64,000 nucleotides of DNA, taken from NCBI GenBank assembly GCA_041659685.1, contig JBAZXV010000001.1, positions 97,616 to 161,615 on the forward strand, given 5' to 3'. Shown here in pieces: positions 35,540 to 46,533 of this stretch. Both the position numbers and the translations under genes were made by a program. Positions within the stretch are counted from its first letter, which is position 1. Each line of letters starts with the position of its first letter. This DNA comes from Parcubacteria group bacterium. Its GTDB lineage: Bacteria > Patescibacteriota > Minisyncoccia > Moranbacterales > UBA11712. The notes beneath the pieces are model-generated. The model saw only the letters and a list, made by a program, of their open reading frames with translations. It was not told the origin of the DNA and searched no databases.

Positions 35540-37189
35540 TTATACTCCGCTGGCTTCCGTCGGATCTTCCGGAATGGTTTGTTTGAATCTGAGGAGTTTT
35601 GCGGAGAGAAACTTTTTAATGAGATATAATTCTTCCAGTTTAAAGAGGCGGGCAACCAGAAGATAAACAGAAATGCCGATGAATCCGCAAAATGCCATCT
35701 GAGAAAAAACTCCGATGAATGTATCGACGTTAATATAAGGCCGGATCAGATACTTTGAAATCTGCGTCGCAAATCCGGCAGAAAGCGCTGAAACGGATAT
35801 ATACAAAGTTGTCATAATGATTTTTTGATCATCAAGATTTTTGAGTTTGATCCGAAGAACCAGCAGCAGAAGAAACATATTGGCCAAACTGGAGAGGGAA
35901 AACGCCCAGACGAGGCCCAAAATTCCAAAGTATTTCGACAGGACAAGGGCTGATATAAGATTGACCGCTTCGCTCGCAATTCCGGTAAGAAAAGGAATTT
36001 TTGTGTCATGAAGGGCATAAAACGATCTGGCTAAAAGCGGAATGAGACTTTGGGCGAACAAACTTACGGCAAATATGCCGAGCGACTGGAATGTAAGGAT
36101 CGTGTCTTCCCAGTCGAATTTTCCACTGCCCAGAACGACGCGGACGATTTGCGCGCGGAGGACCAGAATTAAAACGCTCGCAGGAATGACAAAAAAAATA
36201 ATCTGGCGAAACGTTTGGGAAAAACTGGTTATAAATTCTTCCCGATTTTCCCTTGCGGCATAATGCGAAAGGGTCGGAAATACGGCAAGAGCAAAGGGTA
36301 TCGCAAATATTCCCACTGGAAAACTCTGCAAATTATTCGCAAAATTAAAGATTGACAGACTGCCGGCGGCGAGAGTCGACGCGATTATGGTGACTACCAG
36401 CAGATTAATCTGAGTGACGGCGAGCCCAAGGGTTCTCGGAATCATTAATCTTATGACTCTTCTGAAGTTTGGATTCTTGAAATCAGCTGTCGGGTGAAAC
36501 TTGAATCCGCTCAGCCTGACGGCCGGGTATTGGATCAGCATATGCATCGCCGCTCCCAAAACCACGCCGAAAGCAAGACCGATTACTCCCATAAATGGGA
36601 CAAAAAACAAGGCGCCGACAATAATTCCCAGGTTGTATAATATCGGCGCCAAAGAATAAATCAAAAATCTCTTGAACGAATTAAGGATTCCGCCGAAAAT
36701 GCCGCTGATGCCAAGAAAAATCGGGCTCAAAAACATTATGCGGGTTAGGGTTATCACTTGCGACAATTTTTCTCCGGAAAAACCGGGAGTAATAATTTTC
36801 ATTAACCAGGGAGTAAGCAATGCCAGAATTCCGCTGATTAAGATGAGGATGATAACAGCCGCACTCAATAAATTATCGGCTAATTTCCAGGCATCTTCCT
36901 TTTTTTCCTTGGCGATAAGGCCGGTGAAAACAGGAATAAACGCTGCGCTCAATGCGCCCAGTATCAGCAGATTATAGATAAGGTCTGGTATCCTGAAAGC
37001 GGCGTAATAGATGTCCAAAGTGTCGCCGGCCCCGAACTGGGAAGCCAGAATGCGATCGCGAAGGAGTCCGAGAACCCGGCTCAGAATTCCCGCTATGGAA
37101 ATAATCAGCGCCGCTGAAGCAACGGATGATGAAGGCTGAAAATTGATGATTTTTTGACTTATCTTTTTGATCATTTTAATTTCTTTCAA
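35540..37189 (-). CDS. murJ: lipid II flippase MurJ
   Basis: 14-TM MOP-family profile and MurJ N-terminal region (ILSRVLGLLRDRILASQFGAG). Confidence 0.85.
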   Translation of the reverse strand: MKEIKMIKKISQKIINFQPSSSVASAALIISIAGILSRVLGLLRDRILASQFGAGDTLDIYYAAFRIPDLIYNLLILGALSAAFIPVFTGLIAKEKKEDAWKLADNLLSAAVIILILISGILALLTPWLMKIITPGFSGEKLSQVITLTRIMFLSPIFLGISGIFGGILNSFKRFLIYSLAPILYNLGIIVGALFFVPFMGVIGLAFGVVLGAAMHMLIQYPAVRLSGFKFHPTADFKNPNFRRVIRLMIPRTLGLAVTQINLLVVTIIASTLAAGSLSIFNFANNLQSFPVGIFAIPFALAVFPTLSHYAARENREEFITSFSQTFRQIIFFVIPASVLILVLRAQIVRVVLGSGKFDWEDTILTFQSLGIFAVSLFAQSLIPLLARSFYALHDTKIPFLTGIASEAVNLISALVLSKYFGILGLVWAFSLSSLANMFLLLLVLRIKLKNLDDQKIIMTTLYISVSALSAGFATQISKYLIRPYINVDTFIGVFSQMAFCGFIGISVYLLVARLFKLEELYLIKKFLSAKLLRFKQTIPEDPTEASGV

Positions 37190-39800
37190 GAGCTAAACCG
37201 ATGAATTTATCGCTTTTCAATATCGTTTCCGTTTTCAGATTCCCCGACTCATAATTCGTGTCATCCGGATATCGCCAGATTAAACGATAATTTTGGGGCA
37301 ATTTTATTTCGGACATGAGTTTGCTTCCCTGGCTTCCCGATTGCTTTTGATAGAGCACCGAGAATGAATCGGCCGGATGATGAATATCGCTGAATTCCAA
37401 GCCGAATGGCAATTGATACCTGTATTTTAATGTCATCGTTTCCCCCGGACTCAGATATGTCCAGTTGGCAAAAACCGTCTTATGATTCTCTTTATATATC
37501 CGCGTTCCGGTCCCTTCATCGATTTCCAGCGTGTCTTCTTCGGATTTGAGCTGAGGGTCCTCCCTGAAGCCAAGTGATTGGTAATCAAGCGGCGGGGAAA
37601 CTGTTTCCCTCGTCTGGCCGCTCGCTTCGAGCAGTTTGGATCCTTCGGGCACATAAATCCTCATATAGTCGCTGTTCACTTTGTTCCACCAGTCATAATC
37701 TTCATTCCCCCCGTTGTGTTTTCGGGTAACGGTTACCGTGTCCACAATGCTTCCGTCGGCTTGAATTTCGCTTATATGATCAATATTTTCGTCGATAACT
37801 CCGTCTGTCTTATAGCCGCTGATATTTGAGTTTATCACAGACAAGTAATCTTTCTGAGTATTCAGCATTTCTCCGGACCAGCCCTGATCCGAAATTAATT
37901 TCTGGATATTGTAATTTCGCGAGTAAAGAAGCAGGTGTTTTTCCTTGAGAGAATCGTTCAATATCGACAGCACCATTATCATCTGTTTCAAATCTCTTGT
38001 GCTAAAAACCTTATCTAATATCTTTGGCGTAAGATCGGCAATGAATTTTTTCGGTTTATTCAGTTCCTTGTCGTAATCGACTTCAACTTCGTTTTGGGTT
38101 TTTTCTATGAAATTGCCCGCATCAACGGTGGTTTCATATTCAGGCATGTCGATGGGTCCGGTGATCTTAAGAAGGTTTTGAAGAAGATTGGGGGTTATGG
38201 CAATGACGCCGTCGACTGTCGGTCCGCCTGTTTTTTCATAAAACCAAGAGACTTTTTCGGCTGAAGTCGGAAAGTCCGGAAACCAGTTCGCGTCGTGCAT
38301 GGTCCACACGGCGCTCATTTTTTGGATTGGTTCAGGAGGTATTACGCGGGCCTTAAGCTGGCCGTCGGGGTTATAGATATCATCCACCATGAGCTGTTTG
38401 ATCCGCCCGTTTGAAATATCAAGAATGCCGTAACTTCCTATAAATCCGCCAGTCGCCCTCATTTCCTGATTATTTTGAAATAAAAAGAGAAATTTCCTCG
38501 GACCATTATATCCCAAAACATCCAAAAATATTTGCGAATAATCAAGGAAGCCGTTCAGGCTTGAAGTTACAACGGGCAACTTTTCATTCAATTCAATGAA
38601 TTTCGGCCTAATATCTTCCGGCAAGTCATCAAGATTGGCCTTTTTGAGATTGCTTTGGGCTTCATCCAATTCCTTGCTTGCATTTTGCACGCTCTCGCGA
38701 AGGTTTATGAAGAGCTCGGTAAGAGACGGCTGATCCGAGACATTTTTATTTTCCAGGGGATTTTTTATTTGACTCAGGGATTGGGCTGAATTTGCAAGAT
38801 ACTTTCCGGACAAAGCGAGGTTTTCTCCCGCCGCCATGACATAATTTGCGGTTGCCACCCTGGAGGCGCCAGGAACAAAGCGAAGGACTTCGCTGAATTT
38901 TCCCCCGATTTCAGAAATATCCTGGTGGGCGCTGTTTAAGAGTTCATATGATTCTTCAAAATTAACGGCTGCTTTTCCGAGATCGCCGTTTGTCATATTG
39001 TCTTTGGCTTCGGCAAACTGGACAAGCGCCTGCTGTCCCGTGACGGCAACATCGCTTTTAACCCTAAAAGCCCTCTGAATAAGAGAGACGCCGGGAATAA
39101 TCAGGGAGAAAATAAGGATTGTGACAAGAAACACTGAGACATAAGCAAATTTTCCGTTAAAGCAGGCCGGCGTTCGAAATAAATTCCTCATATTAATCCG
39201 TTGGAGTTTCCCTTGCTCCGGATTTTTCCTGTTTTTCCTTTTGCTTCCTTTTTTATTCGGTTTTGTTTCCAAGCCCTTAAATAAATTATCGGTCGGATCT
39301 GCATACTCGGTGTTTTCAAAAAGGTATTCCGTTGATTTTCCAAAATTATCGGCTTCAGAAGCAGATTTTTCCTTTATGCTGAATTCCAGCGGCAATTCCG
39401 TGAAAAATCCGGCAACCCTGTCGCTTTTTCTTTCCGTTTTCTGATCCTGATATGTATGGGGAATCGCCACCCTGGAAACGGACAATAATTCATCCGAGAC
39501 GGATTTTCCCAACTGGATAACATTCGGTTTGCGGGCGCGCAAGGGTTCTTTTTTTTCAATTCTGTTGAAATATTCAGTCTGATCCAAGACCGATTTTGAG
39601 TATGCCTTATTACCGCGGCGTTTATCGGTGTTTCTGATGTCGGAAAATTCCCTTCTGCGAATACCGCGCTCGCCCAATGTTTTTTTCTGGATGTGAACGG
39701 TTTTTTTTATGTGTTTGATCTTATCCAAATCCAAAGAGCCATCCGCCCGGGTAGGGCGAACATCGAACATTTGTTTCATAATTCGCTTGTTCTTGGTCAT
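37176..39800 (-). CDS. large DUF4012-domain secreted/membrane protein (874 aa)
   Basis: N-terminal basic region, one TM, then DUF4012-like block (PRKFLFLFQNNQEMRATGGFIGSYG). Overlaps murJ by 14 nt. Confidence 0.6.
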   Translation of the reverse strand: MTKNKRIMKQMFDVRPTRADGSLDLDKIKHIKKTVHIQKKTLGERGIRRREFSDIRNTDKRRGNKAYSKSVLDQTEYFNRIEKKEPLRARKPNVIQLGKSVSDELLSVSRVAIPHTYQDQKTERKSDRVAGFFTELPLEFSIKEKSASEADNFGKSTEYLFENTEYADPTDNLFKGLETKPNKKGSKRKNRKNPEQGKLQRINMRNLFRTPACFNGKFAYVSVFLVTILIFSLIIPGVSLIQRAFRVKSDVAVTGQQALVQFAEAKDNMTNGDLGKAAVNFEESYELLNSAHQDISEIGGKFSEVLRFVPGASRVATANYVMAAGENLALSGKYLANSAQSLSQIKNPLENKNVSDQPSLTELFINLRESVQNASKELDEAQSNLKKANLDDLPEDIRPKFIELNEKLPVVTSSLNGFLDYSQIFLDVLGYNGPRKFLFLFQNNQEMRATGGFIGSYGILDISNGRIKQLMVDDIYNPDGQLKARVIPPEPIQKMSAVWTMHDANWFPDFPTSAEKVSWFYEKTGGPTVDGVIAITPNLLQNLLKITGPIDMPEYETTVDAGNFIEKTQNEVEVDYDKELNKPKKFIADLTPKILDKVFSTRDLKQMIMVLSILNDSLKEKHLLLYSRNYNIQKLISDQGWSGEMLNTQKDYLSVINSNISGYKTDGVIDENIDHISEIQADGSIVDTVTVTRKHNGGNEDYDWWNKVNSDYMRIYVPEGSKLLEASGQTRETVSPPLDYQSLGFREDPQLKSEEDTLEIDEGTGTRIYKENHKTVFANWTYLSPGETMTLKYRYQLPFGLEFSDIHHPADSFSVLYQKQSGSQGSKLMSEIKLPQNYRLIWRYPDDTNYESGNLKTETILKSDKFIGLALERN

Positions 39801-40918
39801 TTTTGTTTTAGATATATTTCAAGCGTTTTACCGGCTAGTTTTTCCCAGCTGAATTTTTTTATTCTTGCCCTGCCTGCTTCGATCAGCTCTTTTCTGAGTC
39901 CATTGTCAGTTAAGGTTTTTTCAATTGAATCCGCCATTCCCGCCGTGCCTCTTGGATCAAAATAATAAGCGGCGTTCTCAAGGATTTCCGGCAGACAGGA
40001 AGCATTCGAACTGACGACAGGGATGCTTTTTGCCATAGCTTCAAGCGGGGGAAGGCCAAAACCCTCATAAAGAGAAGGGAAAACATAAAGTTTTGCTCCC
40101 CGATAGACGGCTGAAAGATCGCTATCTGAAACATAGTCGGGGAAAATTACGTTTTTTATCTTTTGGCTGCTTACAGACTCTTTCAATCTGCGGTAAAAAT
40201 AATCTTCTTTTCCCACCATTACCAAATGCAAACCGGGATGCCTTTTAAGGACTTCCCTGAATGCCGCGACAAGGCTTTCCAGATTTTTATGCGGATAAGC
40301 GTTGCCGACGTACAGAAGATACGGTTTTATTATACCATATTTTTTCAGAATTTCATCGGCGGGTTGCGCAATTAAAGCCTGCTCCTTGTCGGCCGCCTGA
40401 TATGTAACGATAATTTTATCGGGATCAACTGAAAAATTCTCCAAAATATCCCTTTTTGTGAATTCGGAAACGGCAATTATGGATTCCGATTTTCTTATGG
40501 CGCGGCTTATTGCCCATCGATAGCAGGCATTTTTTATCCAATACAACATCGGCGAAAGAGCGGAGGCCCTTTTTGTGGGAAAATGGAAAAGAATCAGGTC
40601 ATGAATCGTAACAACAAATTTCCTTCCAAAGAGAAAAGGAACATTAAAATGCGGAAAGTGGACAAGATCAAGCGAATACTTATTCAGCATTCTGGGAAAA
40701 AATAACTGCTCCCGAAAACCGTACCAGGGAATGTCGGCCATTATCTTTTTAAAATTTTTATTTTTCGGCTCGTACTCATTCCAGTTCTTGCGGCGCAGAA
40801 AAATGAAATACTGATTTTCGGAATCAATTATTTCAAGATATTTAATGAGTTTTTCGGTATATCGCCCGAGACCTTTTCCCACCGAGCCGTAAAAACGGGC
40901 ATCAATTCCAATCCTCAT
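39797..40918 (-). CDS. glycosyltransferase family 4
   Basis: EGFGLPPLEAMA GT4 C-terminal motif. Confidence 0.8.
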   Translation of the reverse strand: MRIGIDARFYGSVGKGLGRYTEKLIKYLEIIDSENQYFIFLRRKNWNEYEPKNKNFKKIMADIPWYGFREQLFFPRMLNKYSLDLVHFPHFNVPFLFGRKFVVTIHDLILFHFPTKRASALSPMLYWIKNACYRWAISRAIRKSESIIAVSEFTKRDILENFSVDPDKIIVTYQAADKEQALIAQPADEILKKYGIIKPYLLYVGNAYPHKNLESLVAAFREVLKRHPGLHLVMVGKEDYFYRRLKESVSSQKIKNVIFPDYVSDSDLSAVYRGAKLYVFPSLYEGFGLPPLEAMAKSIPVVSSNASCLPEILENAAYYFDPRGTAGMADSIEKTLTDNGLRKELIEAGRARIKKFSWEKLAGKTLEIYLKQK

Positions 40919-42117
40919 TTATTTAGCTTAATGATTTCTCCGCTGTTTCGTTTGTTCTTTTCATTTGATATTTCTTTGAAAATATTAATGGTTTCTTCGG
41001 CGCATTTTTTCCACTCAAACGATTCAGCTCGCCTAAGGCCTTTGCTTTTCATTTTCTTTTGAAGATCTTTATCCAAAAGCGCTTCCGCCATTGATTTTTC
41101 CAATTCGTCAGCTCTTAATGAATCAATCAAAATAGCGGCGTCACCGGTGATCTCCGGAAGGGAGGAGCCATTCGAGCAAATAACCGGCGTGCCGCATGAC
41201 ATGGACTCAAGGACAGGAAGACCGAAGCCTTCAAAGAAAGAAGGATAAACGAATAATGAAGCCAAATTATAGATATATGGCTTATCTCTTTCTTTGATAT
41301 ACCCCGCAAAAATTATATCATCACGGAATTTCGAATTTTTCGCCTCGCCTATGATATCACTGCTCGAAAGTCCAAAATCTCCGATAATGACAAGCTTGTA
41401 TTTCTCGAGTTTTGGATTGTTTTTTCTCAACTTCAGGTATGCCGCCAAGACAGAGAAAATGTTTTTTCGCGGTTCTATGTTTCCGAGGAAAAGAATAAAT
41501 TTTTCAGGGAGGTTATATTTTTTCCGCGCTTTTGCCAATCCGGCGTTATTTTCGTCTAATGCTCTATACTTTGGGCCTATGCCGTGATGGATAAGCCGGA
41601 TTTTTTGTTCGCCGGTCCCATAAAGATCAATAAGATCTTTTTTTGTCGATTCGGAAACAGCGATGATTTTCTTTGCCATGCGCGATAATTTTCTCGGGTT
41701 CACAAAATAGAAATGCCAAAGCCGGCCCTTTTTTGAAAAAAATTCAGGATATCTTTCAAACGAAAGGTCGTGAAAAGTCAGCACCAGCGGACAATTTTTG
41801 CTGAGAGATATGAAGTTTATATTAGGAGCGAAAAACAAGTCCGCGCCTCCGATAAGTTTGTCAATTTTTGGAAATCCGGCATACCAAAGCAGGAGATTAA
41901 AAATCTTATTGGGAAAGCGAAATTTTTTCAGTTTGGCATTCGGAAACTTTTCAAGGCGGCGGAGATGCTTGTTTTTTTTGCGAAACGAATTCGAAAAAAG
42001 TATATATTCGTTTTCCTTATCTTCCCTTAAGACGTTAGTTAAAAGCTCAAGGGTGTACTCTCCCACCCCCGATACATTTTCCTCTTCAAGGCATCGCACA
42101 TCGATTCCAACTTTCAT
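40915..42117 (-). CDS. glycosyltransferase family 4
   Basis: EGFGLPVLESMSCGTPVI. Confidence 0.8.
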   Translation of the reverse strand: MKVGIDVRCLEEENVSGVGEYTLELLTNVLREDKENEYILFSNSFRKKNKHLRRLEKFPNAKLKKFRFPNKIFNLLLWYAGFPKIDKLIGGADLFFAPNINFISLSKNCPLVLTFHDLSFERYPEFFSKKGRLWHFYFVNPRKLSRMAKKIIAVSESTKKDLIDLYGTGEQKIRLIHHGIGPKYRALDENNAGLAKARKKYNLPEKFILFLGNIEPRKNIFSVLAAYLKLRKNNPKLEKYKLVIIGDFGLSSSDIIGEAKNSKFRDDIIFAGYIKERDKPYIYNLASLFVYPSFFEGFGLPVLESMSCGTPVICSNGSSLPEITGDAAILIDSLRADELEKSMAEALLDKDLQKKMKSKGLRRAESFEWKKCAEETINIFKEISNEKNKRNSGEIIKLNK

Positions 42118-42139
42118 GTCTGGTTATTCGGAATAAAAA

Positions 42140-42757
42140 TTAATTCTCAGGTTCGGATATATAGTGCTTTAAAAACGCGAAAAGCGCCCCGATAAATATG
42201 CCTGCGACAGCAGCCAAGAGCAAGTTTATTCTTAGGTCCTGGAAATTTTTCACGGTAATAAGGTTTGAAGTGTCCGCTCTGAACCAGTTGGGATCATTGG
42301 CGGGGCTGTTGATGTCCTTGGTTTTTTCGGAGACAACGGCAGATATGGCGTCGCCGATTTTTTTTCCTTCGTCCGGATTGTCGGGTGAAAAGCGAACCTC
42401 GATAATTTCCGGAGACATTTTCTCCGCTCGAAATGTTTTTTCAAGTTGCCGCAAGGACTTTCCGTTGGCGCTCAATCCGGATTTTTCGAAAATTTCCTGA
42501 ACCACTCCGGGAGACTTAAGCCACTCCGAAACGGTGTCGGAAAATTTATCGTCGGCCTGAATACGATAATATTGGTCATAACGATAGTCGGAAGTGGATT
42601 GGTTTTCAACGCGGCTTATGCTGATAAGAAAAGACGTCGAATAGGTCTCCGCTTTTCTGATTGACCAAATGTAGGTCAGCACGACAAGGATCAAAATCGT
42701 ATAAACCATGACCGAAATGTTTTTTCTTAAAATTTTGTAATATTCCCGAAGTTCCAT
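42140..42757 (-). CDS. Wzz-like polysaccharide chain-length determinant (short)
   Basis: TM-periplasmic-TM topology with a Wzz-like N-terminal region. Confidence 0.5.
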   Translation of the reverse strand: MELREYYKILRKNISVMVYTILILVVLTYIWSIRKAETYSTSFLISISRVENQSTSDYRYDQYYRIQADDKFSDTVSEWLKSPGVVQEIFEKSGLSANGKSLRQLEKTFRAEKMSPEIIEVRFSPDNPDEGKKIGDAISAVVSEKTKDINSPANDPNWFRADTSNLITVKNFQDLRINLLLAAVAGIFIGALFAFLKHYISEPEN

Positions 42758-42838
42758 AAAATTTAATTTAAAAATAAGTTTGCATTTATAAATTCAAGAT
42801 CTCCCCGGCATTCAAAATGAATCCTAAATATATCATAT

Positions 42839-43933
42839 TTAAGGCATATTTGCAATAGTTATTTCAACGTAGTCCCTGATTTTGCTTTTGAATATTTCCC
42901 TGTCGAATTTAAGGGAGCGTTCGCGAATTTTTTCCCCATTGAATTCATACGAACTAAATTTTTCAAGCGCTTTAATGAGATCGCCCGGGGTCTGATTATC
43001 GAAAAAAAGAGCTTCTCTTCCCTCTTCCACATGCTCCACGATATCCCCGCCTCTATAGGCTATGATCGGCTTGCCGGAGGCCAGGGCTTCTATGGCTATA
43101 ATCCCAAAATCCTCTTCCTGGGGAAATATGAATGCTTTGGCGCGGGAAAAAGTATCCGCCAGCTCCTCATCGCTTAACCTTCCCATAAATTCTATATTTG
43201 AATGCGCCATTTTTTTGAGCCGGACGAAATCGGGACCCCTTCCTATTACCTTAAGAGGCCATCCGAGCTTATTGAAAGCCTGAATCACGATGTCGAACCT
43301 TTTGTATGTCATGAGTCTTCCAGCCACAAGAAAATAGTCACCGATATTTTTGCTGATATGGAAATTTCCGATATTAACCGGCGGATTAATAACAACAGAA
43401 TCCCTTTTGTAGTATTTTTCGATTCTTCCGGCCACAAATTTTGAATTGGCGATAAAATTATCCACCCGATCGGCGCTTATTCTGTCCCAGATGCGGATAT
43501 AATTCATTATGAAAGGAATAAATTTCTTCACAAAGCCGGGAAAACCAAATTCGTCAATATATTTTTGGCAATCATCCCAGGCGTAGCGCATCGGCGTATG
43601 GCAATAACAGATGTGAAGCGTCTCCGGAGGAGTTATTATTCCCTTGGCATAGCTTGAAGAATCGGAAAGTACGATGTCATATTTGGATAAATCAAATTGT
43701 TCAATGGCCGGCGGCATAAGGGCCGGAAAAATACGATGATTCGAACGCGAGTATGGAAATTTTTGAAGAAATGACGTGTAGATTCTTTTCCCCTTGAATC
43801 TTCCATGGGTTTTTTCTTCATCGTAAATAAGCGTATAAATAGGCGCATACGGCCAAATTTCGCAAAAACATTCGAGCACCCTTTCCGCTCCGCCGTATTG
43901 AACCAGATAATCATGCACCAGTGCGATTTTCAT
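42839..43933 (-). CDS. glycosyltransferase family 4
   Basis: GT4 fold with Glu-rich C-terminal motif (FPQEEDFGIIAIEALASGKP). Confidence 0.75.
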   Translation of the reverse strand: MKIALVHDYLVQYGGAERVLECFCEIWPYAPIYTLIYDEEKTHGRFKGKRIYTSFLQKFPYSRSNHRIFPALMPPAIEQFDLSKYDIVLSDSSSYAKGIITPPETLHICYCHTPMRYAWDDCQKYIDEFGFPGFVKKFIPFIMNYIRIWDRISADRVDNFIANSKFVAGRIEKYYKRDSVVINPPVNIGNFHISKNIGDYFLVAGRLMTYKRFDIVIQAFNKLGWPLKVIGRGPDFVRLKKMAHSNIEFMGRLSDEELADTFSRAKAFIFPQEEDFGIIAIEALASGKPIIAYRGGDIVEHVEEGREALFFDNQTPGDLIKALEKFSSYEFNGEKIRERSLKFDREIFKSKIRDYVEITIANMP

Positions 43934-44143
43934 GGTAAATTATGCCAATTTAATAATAAATGCCAACCGGCAAGCCAATGACGGCTGAAATAAATTGTAT
44001 CTTTTTTAATATGTTTTGGCAATTTAATAGAACGGGCGGCAGCGGTCTCCGAATATGCTCAGTTGCAATGTAAATCAGCCCAACTGCAATATGATTGCGA
44101 TTGGGCTGACATTTTTCACAGGTGTTACGAGCTGACTTAATCC

Positions 44144-45121
44144 CTAGCCGATCCTGCCAAGAATGCAGGCAGGAAGGACGGGGAAGTATGGGAAGAACAA
44201 AACCGCCAAAGACAGGCTCATTAGGAACGATTTCCCCAAAATTATGGAGAGAGTCTCAGAATCCTTGCCCAGTGTCACGTTATGAAGTCCCTTCAAGGAG
44301 AGGATTTCGAGAAATTTTTCCGGAAAATTATCACGAATGATCTCCTCGTTGGATTTAGTCCAGGGCCAATGGAATGACCCCCAGTCACCCTTGCTCAAAA
44401 CAACTCTCAGAGGAATTTCCTGCCTCCCTATCTCCTGAAGCTGAGCCGGTAATCGCCTCTTGGACGACTTGTCCAGTTCGTACAGGAGCTTTCGGAGGCT
44501 AAACGGGTGCTTTGTTTTCCGGTAAGCATCCTTTAAATAATCATACGGATGCCGGTAAAACCATGATTGAATTTTGGAGAGCGCCCCTGAAACGGGATGA
44601 GCAAACATTGCCCATATCATCGGAAGTCTGCGAAGCCCGAGAGGATTAATCAAATCAATGCCCCTCACCTCAATTCCGAGCTCATGAGCCCTGAGCGCCG
44701 CTTCCAGCACCACCGGAGCGCCGTTGGAATGGGCATAAAGGATTATCTGTTTCTTTCCCAGCGCCCGCAAAGCTTGAAGACTGACTTCGGCTCCGTGCAA
44801 AGGATCGGTTTTCCAGACGGAGGAAGGCAAATCAGACGATTTTCCGTATCCGAGAGGAGAAATATGGATACTCTCCCGGTCCAGGTAGACAAACGGCTCA
44901 ATGCAAGGACCCAGATGAGTCAGGCCTCCGGGGTAATTAAACACGGAAATAAGAGATCTTCCCTTTTCGCTCATGGGCGGAATAATTAAATATTCTACTT
45001 CATATGTTTTCCCATGAAGCTTGACTGAAACGGTCTTCGTGTCGGCCAATAAACCCCTGATGGCTTGAATTCTGGCCATCATACCCTCATCCAAATTCGA
45101 AGGTTTCAGAGTTAAAAACAT
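44144..45121 (-). CDS. alpha/beta-hydrolase-fold protein with hydrophobic C-terminal tail; higher GC than neighbours
   Basis: AHSNGA nucleophile elbow. Locally GC-rich. Confidence 0.5.
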   Translation of the reverse strand: MFLTLKPSNLDEGMMARIQAIRGLLADTKTVSVKLHGKTYEVEYLIIPPMSEKGRSLISVFNYPGGLTHLGPCIEPFVYLDRESIHISPLGYGKSSDLPSSVWKTDPLHGAEVSLQALRALGKKQIILYAHSNGAPVVLEAALRAHELGIEVRGIDLINPLGLRRLPMIWAMFAHPVSGALSKIQSWFYRHPYDYLKDAYRKTKHPFSLRKLLYELDKSSKRRLPAQLQEIGRQEIPLRVVLSKGDWGSFHWPWTKSNEEIIRDNFPEKFLEILSLKGLHNVTLGKDSETLSIILGKSFLMSLSLAVLFFPYFPVLPACILGRIG

Positions 45122-45322
45122 GATATCCTCCCGCTCCGATTGTAATATTCCCGCGCATGAAACCTAAATATCCCTATTGTAAAAGGGCTGCCGCAAAACA
45201 AGTTGTCATATTACTTTATACTATAAATATCGAATATAAATTCAATTGCTCCCGGAATTTTCGTGACCCTCGCCGGAGCCTTTAATCATTTTGCCAGTAT
45301 GAGCTCAAAATTCAGGGAAAGA

Positions 45323-46492
45323 TCAATCTTTGTTTTCAAGCAGTGACACCGCCCATAAAAACAATCCCGCGCCCCAGGCAAAAGGAACGGCGGATTTCCA
45401 GAGCGCATGATCGAAAGGGCGCCCGTCGGGAAAGTAAGTCTCGTGAATATGGCCGTTTTTTGCGATAATCTCCGATAAATTTTCAAGATCTGCCCGGGCC
45501 TCGCTAATTTTTCCGGTTTTGCATTCTGCAATCACCAGCAAGGCCTCCAGCCACGACCAGCTGATGCCATTATGATATCTTGCAATTCCAAATAATCTCG
45601 TAAGAGGGTTAATTTTCCAAAAAGGATAAAGAGGCGCATTGATCGGATGAAGAACGTTTCCATTTCTGATTTGTTTGATCTTTGAGAAAATGAGCTCTGA
45701 GCGCTTCCAGTTTGCGATGTCAAAAAATATCGCAAGAAGATTTCCGGCGAGATCGAAATATTTCTGAGGTTTTCCGCCGGCAATGTTATCGGAAAAATAT
45801 TTTTCGTCTTCCAGCCAGAATATTTTTTGGATTCGGTCCAAAATTTCTTTCGATGCGGGAATGTCTTTGCTTTTTGATTTAATATTCAGCTTTTCGCAAA
45901 GAATTTCAAATTGTCTCACTGATTCATACCAGAGACAATTAGTATACAGCACAAATCCGTTTTTAAAGATTGAATCCATCCAATTGGCCAGTCCGTTTTC
46001 GTGTATTAAATTCCCCCGGATAAGATCGGCGCTTGCGTAAAATCCGAGAGATTGTTCTATTTTTTGAAAATTATCTCTGACAAAGCCATCGTCTCCCGCA
46101 ATTTTATGATACTTGCAGAAAGACAAAACAAACAGAAGGTCGTTGTCCGTTGAATATAAAAATGGCAAAGGAGAAGTATATATTGGACGGGGCTTGCGCC
46201 TTTTTATTTTGAGCCCCAGATATTTGAGTCCGTTATAATCAAGGGCGATTTTTCGAGGAATTTTTCCGTCGGCGCGCTGGTATCTTAAAAACAGCCGGAA
46301 GGATTTTTTCACCTGCGCAATTTCCTCAGGATTTTCGGTTTCAAGCATCCCGAGAGCCGCCCAGAAGGTATCGCGGGCCCAATAGTCGGAGAAATTAACA
46401 TGGGATGCCAAAATTCCTTCCTTGGTGCGGCAGGAACGCAGATCGCTCAAAGAGATTCCGTAAACTTTTTTAATAATATCATTTTGCGGCAT
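45323..46492 (-). CDS. glycoside hydrolase, (alpha/alpha)6-barrel type (GDE_C/GH63-like)
   Basis: DYWARDTFWAALG and NGLANWMDS motifs typical of glucosidase-like barrels. Confidence 0.5.
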   Translation of the reverse strand: MPQNDIIKKVYGISLSDLRSCRTKEGILASHVNFSDYWARDTFWAALGMLETENPEEIAQVKKSFRLFLRYQRADGKIPRKIALDYNGLKYLGLKIKRRKPRPIYTSPLPFLYSTDNDLLFVLSFCKYHKIAGDDGFVRDNFQKIEQSLGFYASADLIRGNLIHENGLANWMDSIFKNGFVLYTNCLWYESVRQFEILCEKLNIKSKSKDIPASKEILDRIQKIFWLEDEKYFSDNIAGGKPQKYFDLAGNLLAIFFDIANWKRSELIFSKIKQIRNGNVLHPINAPLYPFWKINPLTRLFGIARYHNGISWSWLEALLVIAECKTGKISEARADLENLSEIIAKNGHIHETYFPDGRPFDHALWKSAVPFAWGAGLFLWAVSLLENKD

Positions 46493-46533
46493 ATCATCCC
46501 CAGATAGAAATTATTTTGGATTGCCAAAGGAAG

